Assembly (NCBI GenBank): GCA_965248445.1
Contig: CBDFJG010000003.1
Coordinates: 320,001 to 384,000 of the forward strand
DNA length: 64,000 nt
DNA from: Planctomycetota bacterium
GTDB lineage: Bacteria > Planctomycetota > JAJSAM01 > JAJVHW01
Direction of reading: 5' to 3'
A program made the translations under genes and the position numbers. The notes beneath the pieces are model-generated. The model had not been told where the DNA came from, did no database searches, and saw only the letters and a program-made list of their open reading frames with translations. Positions 35,355-46,677 of the stretch are shown piece by piece. Position 1 is the stretch's first letter. Each line of letters opens with the position of its first letter.

Positions 35355-36467
35355 ATGATCCGACGCGACCTCCTGCTGCGTGCACTGGCCGGCAAGGCGG
35401 CGCGCCACGCCGAAATCACGCTCCTCCTGCAGCAGCAGGAGGTCGTCACCAACATGGAGCGCCTGCGCACGCTCTCTCGCGAGCTCGGTCAGCTGAAGGC
35501 GTATGCGGCGTTGCACGCCACGATCTCGACGTCCGAGTCGGGTGTGGCGGACGCCGAGGAGATGCTCGCCGGGGACGACGAGGAGATGCGCGGCCTGGCC
35601 GAGGCCGAGAAGGAAGAGCTGACCGCGCGGCTTGACGAGGCGTACGGCCGCGCGGAGGAATTGCTCGCAGAGGACGACGAACTCGCGGCCCGCGACGTCA
35701 TCCTCGAGATCCGCGCGGGTGTCGGCGGCGCCGAGGCGGCGCTGTTCGCGGGCGACCTGTTCACCATGTACTCGCACTTCTGCGCCGAGCGGAAACTCAA
35801 GATCGCCGTCCTCGATTCGAACGCCGGTGAGATGGGCGGCTTCAAGGAGATCACTGCCGAGATCTCGGGCACCGGCGCGTACAAGGCGCTTCGCTTCGAG
35901 AGTGGCGGACACCGCGTGCAGCGGGTTCCCAAGACCGAGAGCCAGGGACGGATACACACCTCGGCGGCGACGGTCGCCGTGCTGCCGAAGGCCGAAGAGG
36001 TGGACGTCGACATCGACTGGATCAAGGACGTGCGCGAGGACAAGATGCGCGCGGGCGGCCCGGGCGGACAGAAGGTCAACAAGACCGAGAGCGCGATCCG
36101 GCTGACGCACCTCGAGACCGGTCTCACCGCCCACATCCAGGACGAGAAGAGTCAGCACAAGAACCGCGCGAAGGCGCGCAGCATCCTCGCGGCGCGCTTG
36201 CTCGATCATCACCGGCGGAAAGCCGACTCGGCACGCGCTGCGCAGCGCAAGGGCATGATCGGGTCGGGTGATCGGAGCCAGCGCATCCGGACGTACAACT
36301 TCCCGCAGAGTCGCGTGACGGATCACCGGATCGAGTTCAGCGTGCACGACCTCGAAGGGGTCCTGCTCGGCGGACTCGACAAGTTCCACGAGCGCCTCAG
36401 GCTGTCCGAGCGCGAGGCCCGGCTCGAGAGCCTGGCCGAGGAGCTGGAGGCGGCTGGGCCGGAGTAG
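35355..36467 (+). CDS. prfA: peptide chain release factor 1
   Basis: [33 protein letters not shown] (PxT = RF1 specificity), GPGGQKVN and [15 protein letters not shown]. Confidence 0.96.
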   Translation: MIRRDLLLRALAGKAARHAEITLLLQQQEVVTNMERLRTLSRELGQLKAYAALHATISTSESGVADAEEMLAGDDEEMRGLAEAEKEELTARLDEAYGRAEELLAEDDELAARDVILEIRAGVGGAEAALFAGDLFTMYSHFCAERKLKIAVLDSNAGEMGGFKEITAEISGTGAYKALRFESGGHRVQRVPKTESQGRIHTSAATVAVLPKAEEVDVDIDWIKDVREDKMRAGGPGGQKVNKTESAIRLTHLETGLTAHIQDEKSQHKNRAKARSILAARLLDHHRRKADSARAAQRKGMIGSGDRSQRIRTYNFPQSRVTDHRIEFSVHDLEGVLLGGLDKFHERLRLSEREARLESLAEELEAAGPE

Positions 36468-36638
36468 GGTGAGCTGGAGTAGCCGCTGGGCCGGAATCAA
36501 CCGACCTCGGGACGCCCGAACTCCGGGCGCGGCCGTCCGTTACGACCGAGAGCGGCGCACCCTTCGCCCACCCGGAGCCCAAGGGGTAGCATCGCGCGCT
36601 CCTCCGGCCGGGCCGGGGAACGCGGAAGGAAGGACACG

Positions 36639-37280
36639 ATGAGTTCAGACGACGAAGACGAGACCAGGGACGCGGAAGCCGACCTGGACACCGGTGTGGG
36701 CGACGGCGGCGAGGCCGGCCTCGCTGACGCGACGGACGGCGGCGGCGGCGAATCCGAGACGAAGCTCTGCCGGTACTGCTACTCGGAGATCGACGGCGCC
36801 TCGAAACGGTGCTGCCGCTGCGGCGGGGATCTGCGCTTCATCGAGAAGACGGACATCAAGCAGAACTGGACCATGCTGTTCCTCTGCGTGTCCGTGTTCG
36901 TGTCGTGCATCTGGCTCCCGATAGAGCGGCACGACGGTCACTTCCTGTATCCGTCGCACTCGTTCTCCGGCGGCTTCCTCACGATCTTCGCCGCGTACGG
37001 GATGCTCGCGAGCTACGCCAACATCCTGCAGCGCAAGGCGATCTACTGGCCGATGCTGTTCATGGCGTTCGACGGTCTGTACCACGCGATCACGCGCTAC
37101 ATCTCGCTGTTCAAGCAGATCCCCGAGGGCGCCGAAGCACGCGACTACATCCTGATGGGCGGTCCCGCACTGCCGATCATCCTGTTCTGCTCGTTGATGA
37201 CGCTCTGGACCTTCATGAAGGGCGCCGCTTCGGGACGCGCGAAGGACAAGGCCGTCAAGGACGCGGCGCGACGCCGCTGA
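36639..37280 (+). CDS. zinc-ribbon membrane protein
   Basis: Acidic N-terminus, CRYC-x10-CCRC ribbon, about four TM helices. Confidence 0.75.
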   Translation: MSSDDEDETRDAEADLDTGVGDGGEAGLADATDGGGGESETKLCRYCYSEIDGASKRCCRCGGDLRFIEKTDIKQNWTMLFLCVSVFVSCIWLPIERHDGHFLYPSHSFSGGFLTIFAAYGMLASYANILQRKAIYWPMLFMAFDGLYHAITRYISLFKQIPEGAEARDYILMGGPALPIILFCSLMTLWTFMKGAASGRAKDKAVKDAARRR

Positions 37281-38143
37281 GCGGCGTTCCCACGCCGACC
37301 GTCCTGAGTCTCCTCGCCGACGCCGAGGAGCGCCTGCAGCGAGCAGGCTGCTCCTCGGCCCGGCTCGACGCCGCGCTGCTCCTCGCGTTCGCGTTGAAGA
37401 CGGAGCGCGCGCGTCTGCCGCTCGAACCCGAGCGCCCGGTCTCTTCGGCCGAGTGCACGGAGTTCGAGCGCCTGCTCGCTCTGCGGGAGCGACGCCGTCC
37501 CGTCGCGCAGCTGCTCGGGCAAGCCGAGTTCTGGTCGCTGCCGTTCGAGGTCTCGGACGACGTGCTCGCACCGCGTCCCGAGACCGAGATGCTCGTCGAG
37601 GCGGCGGCTGCGCACCTCTCGAGCACACCGACTGCGCTCGCGGCGGACGTGGGCACCGGGAGCGGCTGCATCGCCGTTGCCCTGGCAAACGAAGTTCCGG
37701 GCGCTCGCGTGCTCGCCACCGACACGAGCCCGCGCGCGCTCGCCGTCGCCGGGCGGAACGCCGTGGCTAACGCCGTCGCCGATCGCGTGACGCTTCTGCG
37801 CGGAGACCTCCTGGCGCCGCTCGATCCGGGTCGGCCGCTCGACGCGGTGCTCTCGAATCCGCCGTACGTCCGACGGTCCGAGGCGGGGGAGGTGGACCCG
37901 GAAGTCCTGTGGGAGCCGGCGAGCGCGGTCTTCTGCGAGGGCACTCCCGCGAAGCTCTACGCCCGCATCGCCGCCGACGCTGCGCCACTCCTTCGTGCGG
38001 GCGGCATCCTGCTCCTCGAGACCCCGGACCGGGGAACTGATGCGATCGTGGCCGCCGTCGCCGCAGCGGGCGCCTATCGCGAGATCGTCGTCGAGCGGGA
38101 CCTCGCGGGGAAGCTGCGGATGCTCCGAGCGGTCCGTCAGTAG
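37277..38143 (+). CDS. prmC: release factor glutamine N5-methyltransferase
   Basis: ARLDAALLL, RRPVAQLLG..EFW, LAPRPETE, DVGTGSGCIA and SNPPY. Start uncertain: CTG at 37277 is the only start that keeps the N-domain. Confidence 0.9.
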   Translation: MSGVPTPTVLSLLADAEERLQRAGCSSARLDAALLLAFALKTERARLPLEPERPVSSAECTEFERLLALRERRRPVAQLLGQAEFWSLPFEVSDDVLAPRPETEMLVEAAAAHLSSTPTALAADVGTGSGCIAVALANEVPGARVLATDTSPRALAVAGRNAVANAVADRVTLLRGDLLAPLDPGRPLDAVLSNPPYVRRSEAGEVDPEVLWEPASAVFCEGTPAKLYARIAADAAPLLRAGGILLLETPDRGTDAIVAAVAAAGAYREIVVERDLAGKLRMLRAVRQ

Positions 38144-38167
38144 GAGTCCGTCGAACGGGGGCTCACC

Positions 38168-38938
38168 TCACCCTGCGTCCCCGCGCGCCACCTTCACCGC
38201 GCGCGTGAACACTGCCAGGCCCTCGCCGCCGGCGTTGCCGCGCGTCCAGCGGGGGTGGTGCCACGACTCGACGTTGCGCTCCGGGTGTGGCATCAGGCCC
38301 AGCACCCGCCCGGTCGGGTCGCAGATTCCCGCGATGTCGTGGCGCGAGCCGTTCGGGTTCCACGGGTACTCGGCGGGGCCGCCGGACGGACCGGTGTAGC
38401 GGAACGCGACCTGGCCGTTTTCCTCGATCGACGTCCGCGCGGCGTCGGACGTGACGAAGCGTCCCTCCGCGTGCGCGACGGGGCACTCGATGACCTGGCC
38501 GCGCTCGAGCATCACGGAGCGGTCGGTGACGCACTCCAGGCGAACCCAGCGGCACTCGAAGTGACCCGACGCGTTGGGTTGCAGGCTGGCCGTCACGTCG
38601 CCGTCGCTGCCGGGGAGCAGCCCGGCACGGGTCAGGATCTGGAAGCCGTTGCAGATGCCCAGCACCAGCGCGCCATCGGCGATTCGCGAGCGCAGCTCGG
38701 GTAGCACCGCCCGCCTCATCTCCACCGCGAAGACGGTACCCGCGGCGATGTCGTCGCCGTAGGTGAACCCACCCGGGAACACGACGATGCCGAATGCGCG
38801 CAGGCGCTCCGGTTCCTCGATCACGGCGTGCAGGTGCACCAAATCCACCGAGGCCCCGGCGCGCTCCAGCGCGTGCACGGTCTCGCTGTCGCAGTTGGTG
38901 CCCGCGGTGCGCAGGACGGCAGCGCGAACGGCGCTCAT
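38168..38938 (-). CDS. purQ: FGAM synthase glutaminase subunit
   Basis: GTNCD, PGGFTYGD, LGICNGFQIL, AHAEG, NPNGS and GLMPHPER. Confidence 0.95.
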   Translation of the reverse strand: MSAVRAAVLRTAGTNCDSETVHALERAGASVDLVHLHAVIEEPERLRAFGIVVFPGGFTYGDDIAAGTVFAVEMRRAVLPELRSRIADGALVLGICNGFQILTRAGLLPGSDGDVTASLQPNASGHFECRWVRLECVTDRSVMLERGQVIECPVAHAEGRFVTSDAARTSIEENGQVAFRYTGPSGGPAEYPWNPNGSRHDIAGICDPTGRVLGLMPHPERNVESWHHPRWTRGNAGGEGLAVFTRAVKVARGDAG

Positions 38939-41907
38939 GATGCGCCTCCCCCGCCTGCTCCGCCACCGTGGCGCAGCGGTGCAGTGAACGCCTCGCGCAA
39001 GTCCTCGATGGACTCGTCGACGACCACGTGGTCGCGGAGGCCGTGAAGCACGACGCGATCCGTGTCCGTGACAACGCCGATGCGCGCGCGCGGTGCACGG
39101 CCCAGCGCCTGCTCGAACGCCGTCGCACAGTCCGGCGGCACCTCGCACACGAATCGCCCGGGGCTCTCGGAGAACAACAGCGTGTCGTCGCTGGCGCCCT
39201 GACCATCCGATTCCTCGAACGGTGCGTGCACCAGATGCGCCTCGACACCGAGGCATCCCGCGAACGCCATCTCGGCGAGCGCGGCTGCCAATCCGCCCTC
39301 GCTGCAGTCGTGACAGGCGCGGACGAGTCCAGACTGGATCGCGGCATGGAGCCCGCTCATGGCGGCGCGGCTCTCGTCGAACCGGACGCGCGGCACGGTG
39401 CCGCCCGAGACGCCCCGGACGAGTCCGATGTGCGATCCGCCGAACTCCGGCCGCGTGACGCCCACCGCGTACAGCAGGTTCCCGGGCGCGGCGAGGTCCA
39501 TCGTGACGAGGGTGCGAACGTCCGGGACGACGGTGAACGCGGAGACCAGCAGCGTCGGCGGGATCGCGATCGTCTTCCCGCCGACCTGGAACTCGTTGTT
39601 GAGCGAGTCCTTGCCGGACACGAACGGCGTCCCGTACGCCAGTGCCGCGTCCTTCAGTCCCTCCGAGGCGCGCACGATCGATCCGAGCCGGTCGGGCTTG
39701 TTCGTGTTGCCCCAGGAGAAATTGTCGAGCAGCGCCGCGGCGAACGGGTCGGCGCCGACGGCCGTGAGGTTGCGCAGCGCCTCGTCCACCGCCCCCGCGG
39801 CCATGTCGTACGGCGAGCCGTCCCCGAGCCGCGGGTTCAGACCACTCGACACGGCCACACCACGCGGGTTGCCGGCGATGGGGGTGACGACGGTGGCGTC
39901 GCCCGGGCCGTCCGCGTGCACTCCGACCAGCGGCTTGAGCGCACTCCCGCCCTGGACTTCGTGGTCGTATTGACGGATCACCCACTCTTTCGAGCAGACG
40001 TTCCAGGACGACAGGATCGCCCGCAGTTCGCGGCCGTGCTGGGCGGCGCCGGTGTCGGCCGCGAACGGCGGGGTCTCGGGGGTGTGCCACTCGGCCTCGC
40101 GCTGCACGCGCGGCACGCCGTCGTGCAGGAACTCCATCGGCAGGTCGCCGACAGGATTGCCCTGGTACGTGAGCACCAGGCGGCCGTCGTCGGTGAACTC
40201 GCCGAGGTCGGTCACCTCGACGTCCTCCCGTTCGAACAACTGCCGGACACGCGCGACGTTCGCAGGCGGGACGGCCAGGACCATGCGCTCCTGCGCCTCG
40301 CTGATCCAGATCTCCGAGTAAGTGAGCCCCGCGTACTTGAGCGGAGCGGACGCGAGCTCGACGCGCGCTCCGGTCTTCTCGCCCATTTCGCCGACCGCAG
40401 ACGAGAAGCCCCCGGCGCCGCAATCCGTCAGAGCGCTGAGCAGTCCCTCGTCGCGCACGACGAGCAGGGCGTCGAGAACGCGCTTCTCCTCAATCGGGTT
40501 GCCGATCTGCACCGCGCCAGCGCTCACGGTCTCGCTCTCCTCGGTCAGCTCGACCGACGAGAACGTGGCGCCGTGAATGCCGTCCCTGCCGGTGCGCCCG
40601 CCGACGGCAATGATGCGGTCGCCGGGTCGGGCGGCCTTCTCGACGAACTTCCGCGGGATGAGGCCGACGGTGCCCGCGTACACGAGCGGGTTTCCGACGT
40701 AGCGGTCATCGAAGAACAGGCCACCGGACGCGGTGGGGAGGCCCATACGGTTGCCGTAGTCGCGCACGCCGCCCACGACTCCGTGCATGATCCGGCGAGG
40801 GTGCAGGCAGCCCTTCGGGACGTCGTCGTCGGGCATGTCCGGCTCCGCGAAGCAGAACACGTCGGTGTTGAGGAACGGCCGCGCGCCGAGCCCGGTGCCG
40901 AGTATGTCGCGGATCACGCCGCCGATCCCGGTCCCGGCGCCGCCGTAGGGCTCGATCGCCGACGGGTGGTTGTGCGTCTCGACTTTCATGCAGACGCCGT
41001 GCTCGTCGTCGAACGCGATGACGCCGGCGTTGTCGACGAATACGGAGAGGCAGTCCGCGCGGTCGAGCTGCGTCGTCGCGTCGAAGACCGTCTGCTTGAG
41101 CAAGTTCTCGTAGGTGCGGTCACCGCCCTCGCCTCGGAAGCGGACGGGACCTGCGAGCGTCTTGTGCTTGCAGTGCTCGGACCACGTCTGCGCGAGGGTC
41201 TCGAGTTCCACGTCGGTCGGTTCGCGGCCGGCGGCTACGAAGTAGTCGCGCGCCGCCTGCATCTCCAGCAGAGACAGCGACAGCTCCATGTGCTGCGAGA
41301 TCTCGACCAGGCGGTCGTCGCTCGCGTCGCGGAGGGCGACCTCGATGCGCTCGAAGACGTAGGGCGCCGGGTGCACGGGCCGCACGTCGAGCTCGGCGCC
41401 GGTGCGGATCTCCTCGATGACCTCGTTCGCCAGAGTGGTGCGAGCCGCCTCCACCAGGGACGCGGGCTCGCAGCCGGCCGTCGCGGTCACCACGTAGCGG
41501 CGGACGGTGCGTACGTCGTCGAGTTCGAGACCCGCGGCGCGGCACGCCCGTAGGCACGAGGCCTGCACGGGATCGGTCACACCGGGGCGCCGCAGCACCG
41601 ACACGACCTGAGCCCCGGCCTCGGCCGCGGCGCGGGCGCTCGGCGGCAGGGCATCTACGGCGAACGCCTGGGAGACCGGGTCGGCGAGGACGTCCCTGCC
41701 TGCCTGCTGGGCGGCCTCTGCCGCGTTGGACCCGTCGAGGATGTAGCCCTGCACGAACAGGACGCTGAGTCCGTCGGCGCCAGGTAGTGCGGCGCGAAGT
41801 GCAGCCTCGGCATGGGCTGCCGTGGGGTCGCGCAGGCCCGCGCGCACCTCCACCTGGACTAGGACTGGGACCTCTACGAGGTCCGGCGATTGCGTCGCAG
41901 CAGCCAT
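38935..41907 (-). CDS. purL: FGAM synthase subunit PurL with N-terminal PurS-like repeats
   Basis: QTWSEHCKHK, KVETHNHPSAIEPYGGAGTG, GRDGIHGATFSS, DCGAGG, SEAQERM, QYDHEV, GKDSL and HDCSEGG. Two PurS-like segments (GLRDP; PGVTDP) at the N-terminus. Confidence 0.95.
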   Translation of the reverse strand: MAAATQSPDLVEVPVLVQVEVRAGLRDPTAAHAEAALRAALPGADGLSVLFVQGYILDGSNAAEAAQQAGRDVLADPVSQAFAVDALPPSARAAAEAGAQVVSVLRRPGVTDPVQASCLRACRAAGLELDDVRTVRRYVVTATAGCEPASLVEAARTTLANEVIEEIRTGAELDVRPVHPAPYVFERIEVALRDASDDRLVEISQHMELSLSLLEMQAARDYFVAAGREPTDVELETLAQTWSEHCKHKTLAGPVRFRGEGGDRTYENLLKQTVFDATTQLDRADCLSVFVDNAGVIAFDDEHGVCMKVETHNHPSAIEPYGGAGTGIGGVIRDILGTGLGARPFLNTDVFCFAEPDMPDDDVPKGCLHPRRIMHGVVGGVRDYGNRMGLPTASGGLFFDDRYVGNPLVYAGTVGLIPRKFVEKAARPGDRIIAVGGRTGRDGIHGATFSSVELTEESETVSAGAVQIGNPIEEKRVLDALLVVRDEGLLSALTDCGAGGFSSAVGEMGEKTGARVELASAPLKYAGLTYSEIWISEAQERMVLAVPPANVARVRQLFEREDVEVTDLGEFTDDGRLVLTYQGNPVGDLPMEFLHDGVPRVQREAEWHTPETPPFAADTGAAQHGRELRAILSSWNVCSKEWVIRQYDHEVQGGSALKPLVGVHADGPGDATVVTPIAGNPRGVAVSSGLNPRLGDGSPYDMAAGAVDEALRNLTAVGADPFAAALLDNFSWGNTNKPDRLGSIVRASEGLKDAALAYGTPFVSGKDSLNNEFQVGGKTIAIPPTLLVSAFTVVPDVRTLVTMDLAAPGNLLYAVGVTRPEFGGSHIGLVRGVSGGTVPRVRFDESRAAMSGLHAAIQSGLVRACHDCSEGGLAAALAEMAFAGCLGVEAHLVHAPFEESDGQGASDDTLLFSESPGRFVCEVPPDCATAFEQALGRAPRARIGVVTDTDRVVLHGLRDHVVVDESIEDLREAFTAPLRHGGGAGGGGAS

Positions 41908-42049
41908 GCGCGCAGCCTCGCACACGGTTCGTGGGACGCGGACGTTATCCCGGGCTCGCGGCAGTCGCTTCCGGCACCTGCTTCCCGCGCTTGCTTGCCG
42001 GACTTGCTTGCCTGGGGCGTCCACGGAGCCGGAGGGGTATCTTGCCGGG

Positions 42050-43015
42050 ATGGCGCGGAGCAAGGGGCTGGCGTTCGAGCGACCGATCCTCGAGCAACTG
42101 GACGAGGTGGACCGTCTCCGCCGCGCTCAGGGCGAGAGCGAGGCCGATCTGTCGGCAGAGATTCGCGAAGCCGAGGCGCGCGCGCAGGCACTGACGCGCG
42201 AGATCTTCGCCCGGCTCTCTCCGTGGGAGCGCGTCCAGCTGGCGCGCCACGTGGACCGCCCGCAGGTGGCGGACTACGTCGAGAGCATGTTCACCGACGT
42301 GGTCGAACTCCATGGCGACCGCGGGTTCGCCGACGACCACGCGATCTTGACGGCCCTGGCGCGGCTGGGTCCACACCGCGTCATGCTGGTCGGACATCGC
42401 AAGGGGCGGGACCTCAAGGAGCGCAAGGCCTGCAACTTCGGCATGCCGAACCCGGAGGGGTATCGCAAGGCGATCCTGAAGATGCGGCTCGCTGAGCGCT
42501 TCGGGGTTCCGATCGTGTGCCTCGTGGACACGCCTGGCGCGTATCCCGGGATCGGTGCCGAGGAGCGCGGGCAGGCCTGGGCGATTGCCGAGAACATCGA
42601 GGCCATGAGCGCGCTCCGCACGCCGGTGGTGGTCATCGTCATCGGCGAGGGCGGCTCCGGCGGCGCTCTCGGCATCGGCGTCGGCGACCGGGTCCTCATG
42701 ATGGAGAACGCGTACTACTCCGTGATCACGCCCGAGGGTTGTGCTGCCATCCTCTGGAAGAGCGCCGAGAAAGCCTCGGAAGCGGCGGAGCAACTCCGGC
42801 TGACGGCCCTCGACCTGCGCCGACTCGGCATCATCGACGACATCGTCGACGAGCCGATGGGTGGCGCGCACCGCAACCCGCAGCACGCGGCCGCCACCGT
42901 CAAGCAGGCGCTCGAGCGCGCCCTGCGGGAGCTCTCGGGTGTGCCGATCGATCTGCTCCTCGAACAGCGGTACCGGAAGTTCCGCGCAATCGGCTCGCAC
43001 CTGTTCGAGGAGTAG
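42050..43015 (+). CDS. accA: acetyl-CoA carboxylase carboxyltransferase alpha subunit
   Basis: FERPI, WERVQLARH..RP, ELHGDR, NFGMPNPEGYRKA, DTPGAYPGIGAEERGQ, GEGGSGGAL and YSVITPEGCAAILW. Confidence 0.96.
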   Translation: MARSKGLAFERPILEQLDEVDRLRRAQGESEADLSAEIREAEARAQALTREIFARLSPWERVQLARHVDRPQVADYVESMFTDVVELHGDRGFADDHAILTALARLGPHRVMLVGHRKGRDLKERKACNFGMPNPEGYRKAILKMRLAERFGVPIVCLVDTPGAYPGIGAEERGQAWAIAENIEAMSALRTPVVVIVIGEGGSGGALGIGVGDRVLMMENAYYSVITPEGCAAILWKSAEKASEAAEQLRLTALDLRRLGIIDDIVDEPMGGAHRNPQHAAATVKQALERALRELSGVPIDLLLEQRYRKFRAIGSHLFEE

Positions 43016-43022
43016 GGGTGGA

Positions 43023-44420
<1,398 letters not shown>

Positions 44421-44423
44421 GGT

Positions 44424-45035
44424 CTAGCTCTTCGGCGTCTCCTTGAGCGTCTCGACCACCTCGTCCACGAGTCCGTACTCCTTGGCTTGGGCTGCGGAGA
44501 GGAACTTGTCGCGGTCGGTGTCGCGCGCGATCTCCTCGATGTCGCGGCCGCTGTGCTTGGCGAGGATGCCGTTCAGCGTGTCGCGCATGTTCAGGATCTC
44601 CTCGGCGTGGATCTCGATGTCCGCCGCCGTTCCGCGCGCGCCGCCCCACGGCTGGTGGATCATGACGCGGGAGTGGGGCAGCGCGAACCGCTTGCCCTTG
44701 GCGCCGGCCGCGAGCAGCACAGCGCCCATCGACGCGGCCTGGCCGATGCAGTACGTCGCCACGTCGCACTGGACGAACTGCATCGTGTCGTAGATCGCAA
44801 GCCCCGCGGTCACGATGCCGCCGGGGGAGTTCACGTACAGGTTGATGTCCTGGTGCTTGTTCTCCTTCTGGAGGAACAGCATCTGCGCGATCACCACGTT
44901 CGCGACGTGGTCGTCGACGGTGCTGCCGAGGAACACGATCCGGTCCTCGAGAAGCCGCGAGTAGATGTCGTAGGCGCGTTCGCCGCGCCCGGTCTTCTCG
45001 ATCACCATCGGGATCACGTAGTTGCTGGGGGACAT
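44424..45035 (-). CDS. clpP: Clp protease proteolytic subunit
   Basis: [27 protein letters not shown] and [13 protein letters not shown]. Confidence 0.97.
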   Translation of the reverse strand: MSPSNYVIPMVIEKTGRGERAYDIYSRLLEDRIVFLGSTVDDHVANVVIAQMLFLQKENKHQDINLYVNSPGGIVTAGLAIYDTMQFVQCDVATYCIGQAASMGAVLLAAGAKGKRFALPHSRVMIHQPWGGARGTAADIEIHAEEILNMRDTLNGILAKHSGRDIEEIARDTDRDKFLSAAQAKEYGLVDEVVETLKETPKS

Positions 45036-45084
45036 GCTCTTCGTGGTTTCCTCTCGTCCAATCTAGGAGTAACCGATCGCGCCA

Positions 45085-45153
45085 GTCGTGTCGTCTGCGT
45101 CAGCGGGCGAACCAGAAATGTCGTGTCATCTGCGTCAGCGGATGAACCAGAAA
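45085..45153 (-). promoter_or_regulatory. 35-bp-period tandem duplicate of the TGG-dyad-CTGAC motif (copies B, C) in the tig-clpP spacer
   Basis: Plus strand GTCGTGTCGTCTGCGTCAGCGGGCGAACCAGAAA (45085-45118) and GTCGTGTCATCTGCGTCAGCGGATGAACCAGAAA (45120-45153). Confidence 0.65.
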
Positions 45154-45165
45154 CACGTCGCCGGG

Positions 45166-46497
45166 TCAGCCCGTGACGGAAATCGTCTTCCGGAGGTCGG
45201 CTAGCGTCTTGCGCTCGCGGATCGAGGAGCGCAGCGAGGCCATCATCCCGCGCTCCTCCATCTCATTCTCCATCTCCTGTGTACTTCGATTGTAACTCGT
45301 CGCCATTCCCGCGAGGCTCTGCTGGACCTCGGTCTCGGTGGCGAACACCTTGCGCTCAGTGGCGATCCGGTCGAGCACGAAGCTGGCCCGCAGGTCGCGG
45401 GACACGCGCGTCTCGGCCTCGGCCCGTGCGTGGGCCACCTCGTCGCCGATGCGGTCCTCCTCGACCCCGTCCTGCTGCAGCTGGGTGTGGAACCGCTGCA
45501 GCATGCGTCCGGTCTCGCGCTTGACGAGGGACGGCGGGAGTTCGAAGGGGGTCGCCTCGAGGATCGCGTCGAGGATGCGGTCGTCCAGGGCGCGGTCCCG
45601 GGCGTCGTCGAGTCCGCGCTCGAGCTGCCTCTTCACGTCGTCCTGGAGCTCCTCCACGTCGTCGTAGTCGAGCTCCGCCGCGAACGAGTCGTCGAGGTCG
45701 GGGATCGTCACCTTCTGGACGCTGCCGACGGTCAGGTCGAGTCTGGCGTCCTTGCCGCGGAACTGCTCGGAGACGAAGTTGTCGGGCAGCGTGACCGTCA
45801 GCTCGACCGAGTCGCCCGTCTTCTTACCCAGGAGCGCGGCCGGCATGTCGGCGACCACCATCCCGCCCAGCACGTCCGAGGGGTGCTGCCACTCGACTTC
45901 GCCCTCGTCGACGACTGTCTCGCCCTCGATCTCGATCTTGACGGCCAGGATTGCGATCCCGCGGTCCTCGAGCGGCTCGTCGCCCGCGTCTGCGGCTGTG
46001 GCGCGGGCCATGCGGAGCTTCTCGATCTCCTGCTCGACGTCCTCGTCGGTCACCTTCAGGTCGGGGCGTTCGACGGAGACCCTCGAGAGATCCGGCAGGT
46101 CGAACCCGGGGCGGACGTCAACGGTGACCTCGAACGAGAGGTCGCTGCCCTTCGTGATCTCGATGTCCTCCCACTCGGCCTGGGCGTCGCCGATCGTCTG
46201 CAGCTCGCGTTCCTCGACCGCTTCGCCGACGACCGTCTGCACGAGTCGCTCCTTGACTTCGGCCAGGACGCGCTCGCCGAGTCGGGCTTCGACCATCTTG
46301 CGCGGCGCCTTGCCGGGTCGGAACCCCTTGAACTGGACGCTCTGCTGCACGTTCTTGAACGTCTGCTCGATCTCCTCGTCAACGCGCTCCGCGGGCACCG
46401 TGATGCGCATCTTCTTCGAGCAGGGACCGACGTCCTCGATCTCGATCGCAAGGGAGGACTGTTGGGGTGTCATGGGGAGCGTCTCCGGGGTGTTCAT
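45166..46497 (-). CDS. tig: trigger factor
   Basis: Ribosome-binding signature GFRPGKAP, FKBP-like middle domain, position upstream of clpP-clpX. Start could also be 46473. Confidence 0.93.
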   Translation of the reverse strand: MNTPETLPMTPQQSSLAIEIEDVGPCSKKMRITVPAERVDEEIEQTFKNVQQSVQFKGFRPGKAPRKMVEARLGERVLAEVKERLVQTVVGEAVEERELQTIGDAQAEWEDIEITKGSDLSFEVTVDVRPGFDLPDLSRVSVERPDLKVTDEDVEQEIEKLRMARATAADAGDEPLEDRGIAILAVKIEIEGETVVDEGEVEWQHPSDVLGGMVVADMPAALLGKKTGDSVELTVTLPDNFVSEQFRGKDARLDLTVGSVQKVTIPDLDDSFAAELDYDDVEELQDDVKRQLERGLDDARDRALDDRILDAILEATPFELPPSLVKRETGRMLQRFHTQLQQDGVEEDRIGDEVAHARAEAETRVSRDLRASFVLDRIATERKVFATETEVQQSLAGMATSYNRSTQEMENEMEERGMMASLRSSIRERKTLADLRKTISVTG

Positions 46498-46677
46498 CGG
46501 CCGGGGCCTCTGTGAGCCACGAGACCTCTCTGGTCGTGGCCGGATTCGTGCGTCGGCCGCCAGATCCACGGCCAGCCCCGTATCGTACGGAAATCGCCGA
46601 TGTGCTCACCGTTTCCCGGCGTGTCAGGGTGACCGGACGGGTGGCCTCCGCCCCGAGCGCCGATGCCGGGCCTGCCG

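Noticed and set aside
38935..41907. PurS-like repeats fused to PurL
   Set aside because: A known arrangement in several bacterial lineages, so annotated but not novel.
45085..45153. 35-bp-period repeat considered as a CRISPR remnant
   Set aside because: Only two units, separated by 1 nt with no spacer, and no cas genes. Treated as a regulatory motif instead.
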